Shown: positions 1 through 10,039 of the stretch, piece after piece
Numbering within the stretch: the first letter of the stretch is position 1
How the letters are laid out: the number at the start of each line of letters is the position of its first letter
From: Candidatus Absconditicoccus praedator
GTDB lineage: Bacteria; Patescibacteriota; Gracilibacteria; Absconditabacterales; Absconditicoccaceae
Assembly (NCBI RefSeq): GCF_021057185.1
Contig: NZ_CP054059.1
Location: 840,001 to 872,000, forward strand
Length of the DNA: 32,000 nt
Direction of reading: 5' to 3'
Translations under genes and position numbers: made by a program
Notes under the pieces: generated by a model
The model's input: only the letters and a program-made list of their open reading frames with translations
Told to the model about the DNA's origin: nothing
Database searches by the model: none

Positions 1-1
1 A

Positions 2-961
2 GATAGTGTAGATATATCTTGGATATTTGATGAGTATTGAGAAAAATATATCCAACAAAACATATATTTACAAGATGGTAGTGTATTGTCAAATAGTTTG
101 AGTTTGTTTGTCCAAGAATCTTGACTTTGAGTCTCTCCTTTTCAAATACAGTCAGATTTGGTGTTGTCTACATTTTCATCAAATGTGTTTTCTCTTGATT
201 TTGAAAATATTGATTATGATTATATAGATAAAATTAGGTGGGATTTTTGAGACAAAAATACTATAGTAGATGAAGATATATCAGAGGAAAGTATGGAAAT
301 AGAATATTGATATAATTTATGATGAAATTATGATTTGAAAGTTTTTGTATACACACAATCTTGAGATGTTTTAACAAGTTCAATAAATTTGTATGTGCAA
401 TGACAAGATTTTTGTGATGGTGATGTATCTCAACTAAGTTGTGATATGAGTGGTGATGGAGTGCCTGATTTATGTAGTAATGATATTTCTGGTGATTGAT
501 TTGAGAATGTAGATAATCTTATTGTGTCTGAGCCTGAAGAAAGAGATGATGATGGGAATTGTGTATATGAAGAAGAACATATAAATATTAATGCACTCAA
601 ACAACAAGCTGAAATGGCAAATAATTTCCAAGAATATGATGTTTGTCCTTTTGATGACAATCCAAATCAGACTCATTGAGTAGGTGATTGAATAGGAGAT
701 GAATGTAGGTGGTTGGCTGATATGTTGGATGATGTAGAAGAAAACTTTCATGAACCAGATTTCAACAATGAATTATATATAGATACTGTAAATGTATTGT
801 CTTGTCCTGCTCATTATGCAGACTTTGAGTCAACATTATGGAGGTGAGATACTATAAGAGCTGTGTTGTATGATCAAGATTTGGAGAAAGTTTATTCGGT
901 TTCCAATCTATTTGATTTGGATGAAGATGTAGGTGTATTGGCTCCAGATGTGTCTCCATAA
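2..961 (+). CDS. C-terminal 319 aa of a large secreted/surface protein with thrombospondin type-3-like Ca-binding Asp repeats (5' end outside window)
   Basis: Frame is open from the window edge to TAA 959-961 only if TGA is sense. Motifs DMSGDGVPDLCSNDISGDG and CPFDDNPNQTHGVGDGIGDEC. Third codon positions are A/T-biased. Confidence 0.6.
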
Positions 962-1058
962 TATACTATGAAAAAAATAAATTTTTTTTATTTGCTTATT
1001 TAAGTAGATATCCTAATCTTATTTTCATTTAATTTGTCGTAAAATATATCAAAAAAGT

Positions 1059-1086
1059 TTGACATTTATATTTTTTTTGATATAAT
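1059..1086 (+). promoter_or_regulatory. sigma70-like promoter candidate (TTGACA, 16 nt spacer, TGaTATAAT extended -10)
   Basis: ttgaca at 1059-1064 and tataat at 1081-1086 preceded by tg, about 40 nt upstream of ATG 1127. Such hexamers occur by chance in AT-rich DNA. Confidence 0.35.
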
Positions 1087-1126
1087 TTTGTTGGTATGAA
1101 ATACATTTATAAATAAAAACAAAAAA

Positions 1127-3649
1127 ATGAGATATGTATTTATAATAATATTCGTATTTGTTTTTTGGGGTTGATTGGTTAATGCAGAATGGGTGCATAA
1201 GTGAAATGTATGAAGTAATGGTAGATGTGGTGCTTGAGAATTGGTTCAAGTATATTGATGACCATCATCTTGAACTAGATCTCACGAGCGAGGTGATGGT
1301 ACTACTATATGATGGAATGGTACTAGATATAGGCAGATAAATTGACCATGAAATACAAGTGCATCATGTTTAGAGTGGCAACCAGATACAAGTACAAATG
1401 ATTTTGATGTTACTCTTGACTGAGTAGACTGAACAAGTTCTGAAAATTGGGTCTTAGCAAATGAGCTTACTGTAGAAATTTCTTATGATGAAGATTCTGT
1501 TTGTTGACCTGCTTGATGTAATTCAATTGATATTAGCTGGGAATTTCATAACAGTGATGGTTCTGGTTCTACAACAATAACTTCAACAAGTCATAGTTTT
1601 AGTGTTGATTTGACTGATTTATGAGGTGCAAATGAGCAGGAATTTGAATTGTCAATTGATAATATTGACACTAATGCTACTTCTAATCATAGTCAGAATG
1701 TAAGGTATGACTGGCGAGTATTTGCAAATGAGCCAGTAACTCCACATTTTTCTAATGACTTTTATGATACAAGAGTTGGTAATGATAGTGATAATTTTAG
1801 GTGACGTATAAGATTAAGAGATGAACATGGAAATTATGTAGTACCAGTTCAGAGAATAAATAGAGAAGTAAGAGTAAATTTTGGGTACGATAATCATGTG
1901 TATTTACAACAATATAAAAAAGATTGGGAAGATGACTTGAGTTGAGGAGATAGTTGAATAAGATACCAAAGAACTGCTGATTCAAGCTATAGTAAATTTG
2001 ATATATGAAATTGAAATAATATAAATTATACCTATGATTATAGTGATGGAATATCTGATTGAGTGTATGATGTTGATATTAAATCCTATGTGCCTACATA
2101 TGATTGATATGATTTGGCAAATTGAACATTTTCTGTAGAAGAGTTTAGTTATCAAGTAACTGATAATATGGGTAATAATTGGAGTAATTCAGATAGTAGT
2201 GCTGAAACAAATTTATCATTTGAGCCTAGGTCAAAAGTAAGTGAAATTGACTGACTTCCACCAATGGCCAATGAGGATGGTGAACAAGATTTTGAAGTGG
2301 AGCTTGATAATGCATCTTCTGAATTTATGATAAAATATGATCCTGATTGAGAGCCTATTGATACATATATAGACTGAAATGAATATTGTGTTACTACATA
2401 TTGATTTGATAGTGATGCTTTTGACTGAGATAGTGATTGTAATGAAATTTTGTCTTCATCTACTAGATATGATTTTACACAGTGGTTTGAAAGACATTCT
2501 GGAGAAACCCTTGATCCTGGTGAATTTGGTTATATATCTACTCATTTTGGGTATGATTATGGTGGTGGTGTGTATGCTACCTGGAACTCAGAATTGATAT
2601 GAAGAACAAATTATAATTATAATCCAGAAGAAAGAGATTTGGCTATGCAGTCTGCTATGTGAGTAGAAGGTGCTATCTCTGCAGAAGATTTTGATGCTTT
2701 GAATGAAATATATACTGATGATGAAAGACATTCTCATTGATGACTTTCTAGGTCGGAATTAAGAAACCAAGTAAGAAAATCAGTATGAGGAATGAAGTGA
2801 GGTATAGATGGGAATTCTTGAGGTGGATCAGTAAGTTTATGAAATAGTAGTACATCAGAAAGATACCAGAATACATATGTTCATTTTTTTGATGATGATA
2901 TTTATATAGATTCTAGTAATGTGAATGAGCAAAATTTAGTAGCAACTGAATGATGAGATGTTTTTATAAAGGATAATATTAGAGCAAGTGATGATTGATT
3001 GCTTTGAATAGTTTCATTGATGGATGATGATTATAACTGATGAAGTATATATATACATAAAGATGTTACTCATATAGATGCTTTCTTGTATGCGGAAAAA
3101 GGTGTTTCTACTTATAAGTGAGACTGGGATGATCCTGAATTTAATTTGACGCAGCATGAGCGTAGGCATCAATTATACATAGAAGGAAGTTTATGGTCTT
3201 TCAATACAATGTGATGATCTACAAGAGACGAGCCCGAGTGTCCTTATTTTGTACAATTAGATGATACTGAAACATGTGACACAGAAACTTCAAGAAAATA
3301 TGATTTGGAATTTCTTAGAAGAACATATCTTGTAAGTGCAGATGCATATTGAGCAGATAGTTATGAGTCATTTATCCCATATTATGATGAAAACGAGTGA
3401 TGACCAGCTGAGCTTATTTGAGGTATTGAGTGTGAGGTTTCTGGTGATGTTGTTGAATGTACTCGTACTTCTTGAGAACCAATTTTAGAGGATGATGAAT
3501 GGCAGTGAAGTGATCCTTTTGAGTGTGATCAGTGATGAGGAGCTTGTGATTTAGAAGACTTTATTCATAAGCTATCTCCTATATACCTAAGATATGATAA
3601 TAGAGTTACAGAAAAATGACTTCCTATTTTTTCAGAAGTTGTTAATTAA
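1127..3649 (+). CDS. 840-aa secreted hypothetical protein (N-terminal signal-like segment, Asp/Gly/Asn-rich, several Cys pairs)
   Basis: ATG 1127 to TAA 3647-3649, length divisible by 3, many in-frame TGA and no TAA/TAG. N-terminus MRYVFIIIFVFVFWGGLVNA. No catalytic motif recognised. Confidence 0.7.
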
Positions 3650-3757
3650 GTTGCTTATTTTTAAAATGTAAAGCAATTTTAGATAAAATACTTGCTCTTA
3701 ATGTTGTCTGTATTGTTTGTATTGATTGTGTTAATATTTGCTTATATCAAAATTAGC

Positions 3758-3785
3758 TTGAAAAGGAAATCAAAAAAAATATAAT
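3758..3785 (+). promoter_or_regulatory. sigma70-like promoter candidate for the hxs-type operon (TTGAAA, 16 nt spacer, TATAAT)
   Basis: ttgaaa at 3758-3763 and tataat at 3780-3785, about 50 nt upstream of ATG 3836, at the start of a 12-kb same-strand gene block. Confidence 0.3.
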
Positions 3786-3835
3786 TTATTTAGGTAAAAT
3801 TTAAGTTTGTTTATATTTTAATATAATCATGTGTT

Positions 3836-4030
3836 ATGTGAGAATTTAAATTAGATAGGGGTATATATACGAAGAAAATATTGGAAAAGTCTATTAAGGA
3901 ATTTGAAGATTATTGCTGAAAGAAAATAGATTATGATGAAAATAAAACTGAATTTACTTTGAAGTGTGAAGAAGATGATTTTGTTGATATAGTAGATAAT
4001 TATATTTATTTGTATAATGAAGCTAATTAG
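3836..4030 (+). CDS. 64-aa protein, truncated paralog of the N-terminal half of the downstream HxsD-like protein
   Basis: ATG 3836 to TAG 4028-4030. LDRGIYTKKILEKSIKEFEDY...DDFVDIVDNY aligns with VDGKIFDKKTILRAAYELVDK...DGIVDSF of the next gene. Stop lies 1 nt before the next ATG. Confidence 0.45.
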
Positions 4031-4031
4031 A

Positions 4032-4562
4032 ATGGAAAATTTTGTTAAAAAAATAGAAAAATGAACATTTAATTTTGAAATGGTAGTAGATTGAAAAATC
4101 TTTGATAAAAAGACTATATTAAGAGCTGCATATGAGCTTGTAGATAAAGTGTATATGTTTTTTAAGAAAGATGGGGATGATTTTGTTGTTCAGTTCAAGC
4201 TTAAAGATGAAAAACTAGATATGGATGGTATTGTAGATTCTTTTTGAGAAGAGTTGGTGTTTCATGATTTGAGGTCTCAGATAGATAAAAAAACAGGTAA
4301 AATGAAGGAAAGAATTATGGAAACAGCTTTAGGTTATGGTTTAACGTTAGAGGATGTTAAGTTAGATCTAGAAAAACTTCTTCCTTGATCGAACCCTTGA
4401 TCTCTTGATTGATGAGATGAGTGAGATCAAAAACAAAAGTCTATTGATGAAATAATGAAAGAAATAGAAAGTGATCCTGATTTTGAGGATGATAAAGATG
4501 AGATTTTGTGAATACTTAAGGAAATAGAAGAAGATGAGATGGAAAATAAAAAAGAAGGATAA
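4032..4562 (+). CDS. hxsD: HxsD-like His-Xaa-Ser system protein (176 aa) with acidic C-terminal tail
   Basis: ATG 4032 to TAA 4560-4562. Segment EELVFHDLRSQIDKKTGKMKERIMETALG resembles, from memory, the LLNDYxLRE signature region of the HxsD family (TIGR03976). Lies directly upstream of the HxsB-like and HxsA-like genes. Confidence 0.55.
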
Positions 4563-4591
4563 TTATTTACATTTATATAATCTTATTGGTG

Positions 4592-6010
4592 ATGGAAAAA
4601 ATCAATCTAAAAAATAAAAAAATATTGCCATTTAAATTTAAAAAACTAAAAAGTTGAAAATATTTTTTGAGTAATGATTTTTGACAATGGTTAATATTGT
4701 CTGAAAGAGAATTTAATGATTTTATTGATTGAAAAACTTCTTCTGAATTGGAAGATAGGTTGGTTTCAGCTGGTATGCAAAAATCAAGTAGATTAGATAA
4801 AAATGATGAAATGTATATTAAATATCTTGCTTGAAAATGGTTGAATAGATATCATTATATAATGCAATGACCAAGCTTGCATATAATAGTATTAACGTTA
4901 GCATGTAATCATTCTTGTAAATACTGTCATGCTAGTGCTAAAATCGATGATTCATGAAAATATCATTTATCAAATGAAAAGATAAAAAAGACTATAGATG
5001 TGATATTTAATACAACTGCATGAGCTATAGATATAGAATTTCAGTGATGAGAACCAACTGCTAATTGGGAAGGTTTGAAGTATGCTGTTGAATATATTCA
5101 TGAAAAAAACAAAGTGTATAATCTAAAAGTAAATATAAACTTAGTTTCAAATCTTACAATGATTGATGATGAGAAGATGAACTTTTTGTTAGATAATTGA
5201 GTAGATATTTCTACTAGTATAGATTGACCAAAAGAAGTTCATGATTGGAATAGAGCTTGGATAGGTGATACAAGTAGTTTTGAGACTGTTTCAAAGTGGG
5301 TTAAAAAAATTAATTTTGAGTATGAGAAAAGGTGACTTGAGAAAAAAGTATGAGCTATATGTACAGTTACAAATAAGCTTCTTGATAAACCACAAGAACT
5401 AGTAGATACTTATATAAGTTTATGACTAGATAATATATTTGTAAGACCTTTAAATCCTTATGGTATGGCTACGAAACTATGGGATAGTATAGGATATAAT
5501 TATGAAGAATACTGGAGCTTTTATGAAAAAATGTTAGATTATATAGAAAATAAGCAAGAAAAATGAATAAATATATCTGATACATACTCTCATAAAATAC
5601 ATTGTTGAAACTTAAGATCATCTAAAAGAATAAATTATATGGAAGAGAGGAGTCCTTGTGGTGCTGTGCTTGGTCAGGTAGCCTATAACTGGGATTGAGG
5701 AATATATACATGTGATGAATGAAGAATGCTAGCTCAAACTTGAGATTGTTCATTTAAGATATGAGAAATTGATAATAGATCTGCTGAAGAAATATATAAA
5801 TCTATGGTTTTAGATGTTGTAACAAAGGTTATGTTGTCTGCAAGTATTATAGACTATCTTCCTGGTTATGACACCAATCCAGTAAGTAATTATATATGAA
5901 CTTGCCCTATATACAGTTATACAATTAGTTGAAATATTAATAGTAAGTACAAAAAAGAAGATAGGTTTAAGCTTCAAGAAGATACTCTTGAAAGACTTGT
6001 AGATCAATAA
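4592..6010 (+). CDS. hxsB: HxsB-like radical SAM maturase with C-terminal Cys-rich (SPASM-like) region, 472 aa
   Basis: Read codon by codon from ATG 4592 to TAA 6008-6010 with no TAA/TAG. Motifs CNHSCKYC and QGGEPT (tga tga gaa cca). C-terminal CGAVLGQVAYNWDGGIYTCDEGR...GDC...GTCPIY. Immediately precedes the His-Xaa-Ser repeat gene. Confidence 0.75.
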
Positions 6011-6035
6011 TTTTTAAATATTAAAAATAATTTAA

Positions 6036-6500
6036 ATGATACATAAGAAAAAAAATATTAACTCAATGGTTAGACATGAAGATCAAAAGGTTTCTGGTAA
6101 AAAAACAAATTTACCTTTATATGTTTGAGCTTTGTTTGCTGCAGGAGCGTCTTCTGCATGAGTGTCTTCAGAGGAAAATATTAGTAAATATTTTGAAATA
6201 GAGTCTGCTTATGCTTTTAATTATGGTGTTAGTAATGATAGTAATACCCATCATACAGATACTGATGATAGCTGATTTGATAATGTTGAGGTTGAAATAG
6301 ATCAAAAAACTTTTACTATTGATAAAAATGTGAATGGGCATATTAGTTGATCTATAGATACAAGAAATTATGTAGGCTTATCTCATTGAAGTCATGGTAG
6401 TCATGCTAGTCATTGAAGTCATTGAAGTCACTGAAGTCACTGAAGTCATTGAAGTCACTGAAGTCACTGAAGTCACTGAAGTCACTGAAGTAGGTGGTAA
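6036..6500 (+). CDS. hxsA: HxsA-like His-Xaa-Ser repeat precursor protein, 154 aa
   Basis: ATG 6036 (alternative ATG 6066) to TAA 6498-6500. Hydrophobic N-terminal segment LPLYVGALFAAGASSAGVSS. C-terminus LSHGSHGSHASHGSHGSHGSHGSHGSHGSHGSHGSHGSRW. Confidence 0.85.
6381..6488 (+). repeat. 12 tandem 9-bp units (ag/tc)t-ca(t/c)-(tga/ggt/gct) encoding Ser-His-Gly/Ala
   Basis: Direct reading: tct cat tga, agt cat ggt, agt cat gct, then nine copies of agt ca[tc] tga. Lies inside the hxsA-like CDS. Confidence 0.95.
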
Positions 6501-6527
6501 TTTTTTTAAAATTTAAGTATAATATTA

Positions 6528-7970
6528 ATGTTTACAAATAAAGTGTTTGTTATGTTTTTTTCTTTAATATTATTCTTTTTTCTTGTAATATTTGTTTATT
6601 ATTTCTTAGTTAATGATAGGTCTATACATGAAAGTGATGGAGAATCTGCTTTGAATCAAGATGATGATAGAATTGAATTAGATGAGGAAAATGAAGAGGA
6701 AAATGAAGAGGAAAATGAAGAGGAAGAAGATTATGTAGAAAGTGTTGAGAATGCTCTAGGTTCAGATTATCTTGAAAGAGAAAGAGAACAATTTTGAGAA
6801 GATTTTAATAAAAATAGGCCTTTGACAGATGAAGAAATAGAAGAAACAAAAAAAATACTAGTAGAAGAGTATTGAGTTGATTTAGATGAACACAATAATA
6901 TAGAAGAACTTATAAAAGAAAATTATGAGCAAATTACTGTCGAATGAGGATTTGAAGTTGGTCGTGATTTGTCTAGTTCTGAAAGAGAACTTATAATATC
7001 TATTTTAGAGGATCATGAAGAAGCTTGAGATATACCAAATTTATCAAATCAACAAAAAGAAAATTTTGCTTATTGGATGGAAGTGGAAGATTTTCGTTAT
7101 TTTGTTAATAATCCTATTTATTATTTAAAAAAGTTTTTTAATGAACATGAAGATATAGATCATGATTCTGTTGAGCTAGAATTAAGAAATTTTATAAATG
7201 AACAAATAAATAAATGAACTTTCCCTAAAATGTCTAATAAAGAAATTAATAATTTTGTATCTTATATAGAACCTAATGATAAAGAAAATTTTATGAAAAA
7301 CCCTGAAAAATATATTGATGAATTTATTAGTGAGCAAAAAAGAAGTAGAGATTATGTTATGTCAAGCTGAGAGTATAAATTATGGAAGATGTTTTTAAGT
7401 TGAAATTCAGATGAAGCATTTGAAAAATTAAATAAGACTGCCGAAGAAGAATGATATAGAACTGATATATATGCAAAAATATTTAAAATATACAGTGACT
7501 ATATTTTTGGAACAAATTATTTTGAGTCAGAAGAAAAAGAAAGATTTTTTAGTTGTTTATCAACTTGAACTTATAATGAATCATTTGATGATGAAGTATT
7601 AGATAAGATTTGTGAATGAAAAGATGAAATTATATATTATGATGATGATTGAGAAGTTTTTGTTAACTATTGATTTGTTAATTATACACTTAATTATTTA
7701 AAAGAATTAAATGATTGAAATGAAGACAAATTAACTGAAATTTTGAATACTAATTATAATCATAACAACTTAAAAAGTAGTACATGAGAGAATTATGATC
7801 ATTGAAAAAAAATTTTATATTATTTAGTTTGAAAAGTAATTATTTGATATGATATAGATGTTATAAAAAATGATTATGATGAAATAGAACATTCTTTGGA
7901 AAATAACTGAGATTGTGAACAGATAAGTGATTCTAATTTAAAAAATTATTGTGAAAATATTTTTTATTAA
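6528..7970 (+). CDS. 480-aa membrane-anchored, highly acidic protein of unknown function
   Basis: Start matches track ORF 6528-6797. Read through in-frame TGAs line by line to TAA 7968-7970. N-terminal TM helix FVMFFSLILFFFLVIFVYYFLV, then EENEEENEEENEEEE. C-terminal module is paralogous to CDS 17773-18600. Confidence 0.7.
6684..6719 (+). repeat. 3 perfect tandem copies of 12-bp gaggaaaatgaa (EENE) plus a degenerate fourth unit
   Basis: Direct reading of gaggaaaatgaa x3 followed by gaggaagaagat, inside CDS 6528-7970. Confidence 0.9.
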
Positions 7971-7988
7971 TTCTTTTAATTGATTATT

Positions 7989-9074
7989 ATGCTAAAGAAA
8001 TATTATTGACCCTCGACTGAACGATGAAATTTAAAAGAAATAATTGTATGAGATGTAGAAAACTTTAACTTAAAAAATATTGAAGAAACATTTAAAGTTT
8101 TGTTTTGAGAAAATTTGAGGCATAGTACTTTTGAAAATTTTAAAGATTACCGTGTTGATTCACAAAAAATTAAAGAAAGACAGGAAGATTTAGATAATCT
8201 ATCAGAGCTTTTGAAAAAGCTTTGAGTGAAAGTTTATAGACCTGAAAGATTAGAAAGGGTAAAGGCTTTCAGAGGCCCATATTTTAAAGGTGTGATGTCA
8301 TCTGCTGCCAATCCTAGAGATTTGATTTTTGTTTATAAGGATAAAATTATAGAAAGCACTCCGTGAGGGGTGAACAGATATTTTGAAAAAGATTTATATT
8401 ATAAGATATTACAGGAAAAATTTGAAGAAGGAGCAGTATGGCTTTCTGCTCCAAGTCCTTCTTTTAGAAAAGGTCGTTTTGATTTTAAGGAATGGGATGA
8501 AAAAAGAGATTTTAAAAATTTTGATAGGTTAAAATATGATATAGTTTTTGAGGCAGCACATATGTTAAAATTGTGAGATGATATATTGTTTAATATATCA
8601 AGTTATATGCATGAGTTGTGAGCTGATTGGATGCAAAAAGTTTTGTGAAGCGATACAAGAATACATAAGGTTTATTACTTAGATGACAATCATATTGATT
8701 GAAAATTATCAGCTCTTAGTAGATGAATATTTTTGGCAAACAATGAATTAATGCAAAAAGATATTAAAAATTATTTGCCCAAGAAATTTCATGATTGGAA
8801 AGTAATTTATACCTGAGAAGAATCTGGGAAGTTTAATCATAACTCTTATTTGGATACTGATATGAACTATATTCAGCTTTGTAGTATGAGATGAGCAAAT
8901 ACTAATGTTTTGTCTATAAGTGAAAACAGAGTATTGGTTATGGATTATGCAGAAAAAACTATTAAAAAGCTGGAAGAAAATGGTTTTGATGTAATTCCAG
9001 TTAGAATGAGACATTGTGAATTGTTTGGGGGATGATTACATTGTGCTACTTTGGATTTAAAAAGAGAAGATTAA
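7989..9074 (+). CDS. Amidinotransferase-family enzyme (AGAT / StrB1-like guanidino-group transferase), 361 aa
   Basis: ATG 7989 to TAA 9072-9074, in frame with track ORF 8370-8576. Motifs ANPRDLIFVYKDKIIESTPGGVNRYFE...GAVWLSAPSPSF, DDNHIDG, and C-terminal FGGGLHCATLDLKRED, which matches the catalytic-Cys end of glycine / inosamine-phosphate amidinotransferases. Confidence 0.85.
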
Positions 9075-9079
9075 TATTG

Positions 9080-10012
9080 ATGGATAGACCTTTATTATTT
9101 GAAATAGTTATAACAAATTGATGTAATAAAAGATGTCCTTATTGTGATATTAATTTTGAAAGATGATTTATAAAAAATGAAGTTGTTGATAATTTCATTA
9201 AATCTATAAGAAATTATGATTGAGAGTTAGGGTGAATTCATATCAATTTTTTTTGATGAGAGCCTTTGTTGTGAAAACAACATATTGATCATGTTTTAAA
9301 ATCATTAGAAGAAATAAAAACAAAAATAACATATAGTTTGGTTACAAATTGATGGTTAATAGATGATTTTATTATAGAAAGAATATACAAATATGATATT
9401 AAAGTAGATATTAGTATAGATACTATAAATAATGATGTTTTGAAAGAAAATAAACATATAAAAGAGATTGCAAGCAGAGAAAAGACAAGTGTTAATTATA
9501 TATTTGTTCCTTGACAAATGAGTAATATTGAGGAAACAGCTGCTGTTATGAATGGTATCTGATTTGAAAATATTAATATAATACCAGTATATACTACTAT
9601 GAGTTGGAACAATGAAAATATAAAAATATTAGCAAAAAAAATTAATCAGTTTATCAAAATAAGTAAATCCAAAAATATATGATATTTTAAGTATGATAGA
9701 TGATTTTCCAGAGAAAGACAGTTTATATTAGATGTGTGAGGAGAAATATATCAGGATGTAGATAGTGATATTCGGCTTCAAAAGCAATATAATATTATTC
9801 CTGAATTTCTTAAAAAAAAGGTAGAAAATGAAATGTATCTATGAAATATAAACTATCAGAATTTAAATGAGATTATATGTTGATATGATGAGAGCGTTAT
9901 ATACAATTTGCTAAAAGAATTCGAACTTGAAATTTGAAAACAAAAAGAATATAAGAAAATAGATAAGATAATAGATTATTTTAGTATAATGACCAAAGCT
10001 AAGGATAGATAA
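9080..10012 (+). CDS. Radical SAM protein, 310 aa
   Basis: ATG 9080 to TAA 10010-10012. Motifs CNKRCPYC and FFGGEPLL (tga tga gag cct). Confidence 0.85.
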
Positions 10013-10039
10013 AATAATGTTTATTTTTTAAATTTAATT

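Noticed and set aside
430-751. Standard-code ORFs from the track on the minus strand (430-660, 470-751; likewise 5810-6007, 8748-9014, 12940-13410, 14522-14776, 23473-23670, 24596-24957, 29692-30057, 31416-31730)
   Set aside because: They run antisense to long table-25 genes with recognisable motifs. Their products are low-complexity Ile/Phe/Leu/Ser-rich sequences typical of AT-rich antisense frames, with no motifs.
1158-1340. Alternative-frame ORF (60 aa, TTG start) overlapping the 5' region of CDS 1127-3649, TGA-free while the chosen frame is very TGA/Gly-rich there
   Set aside because: The chosen frame has an ATG, a signal-peptide-like N-terminus, A/T-biased third positions and continuity with the remaining 2.3 kb. 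The alternative frame has G/C-rich third positions and ends at 1340. An undetected frameshift near 1340 cannot be fully excluded.
3651-3680. Hairpin ttgctt-N14-aagcaa followed by tttt after the stop of CDS 1127-3649 as an intrinsic terminator
   Set aside because: The stem is only 6 bp with a 14-nt loop, too weak to call in AT-rich DNA.
6381-6488. Tandem repeat considered as a CRISPR array or minisatellite
   Set aside because: The period is 9 bp with no spacers. It is in frame and sits inside a CDS, encoding Ser-His-Gly units.
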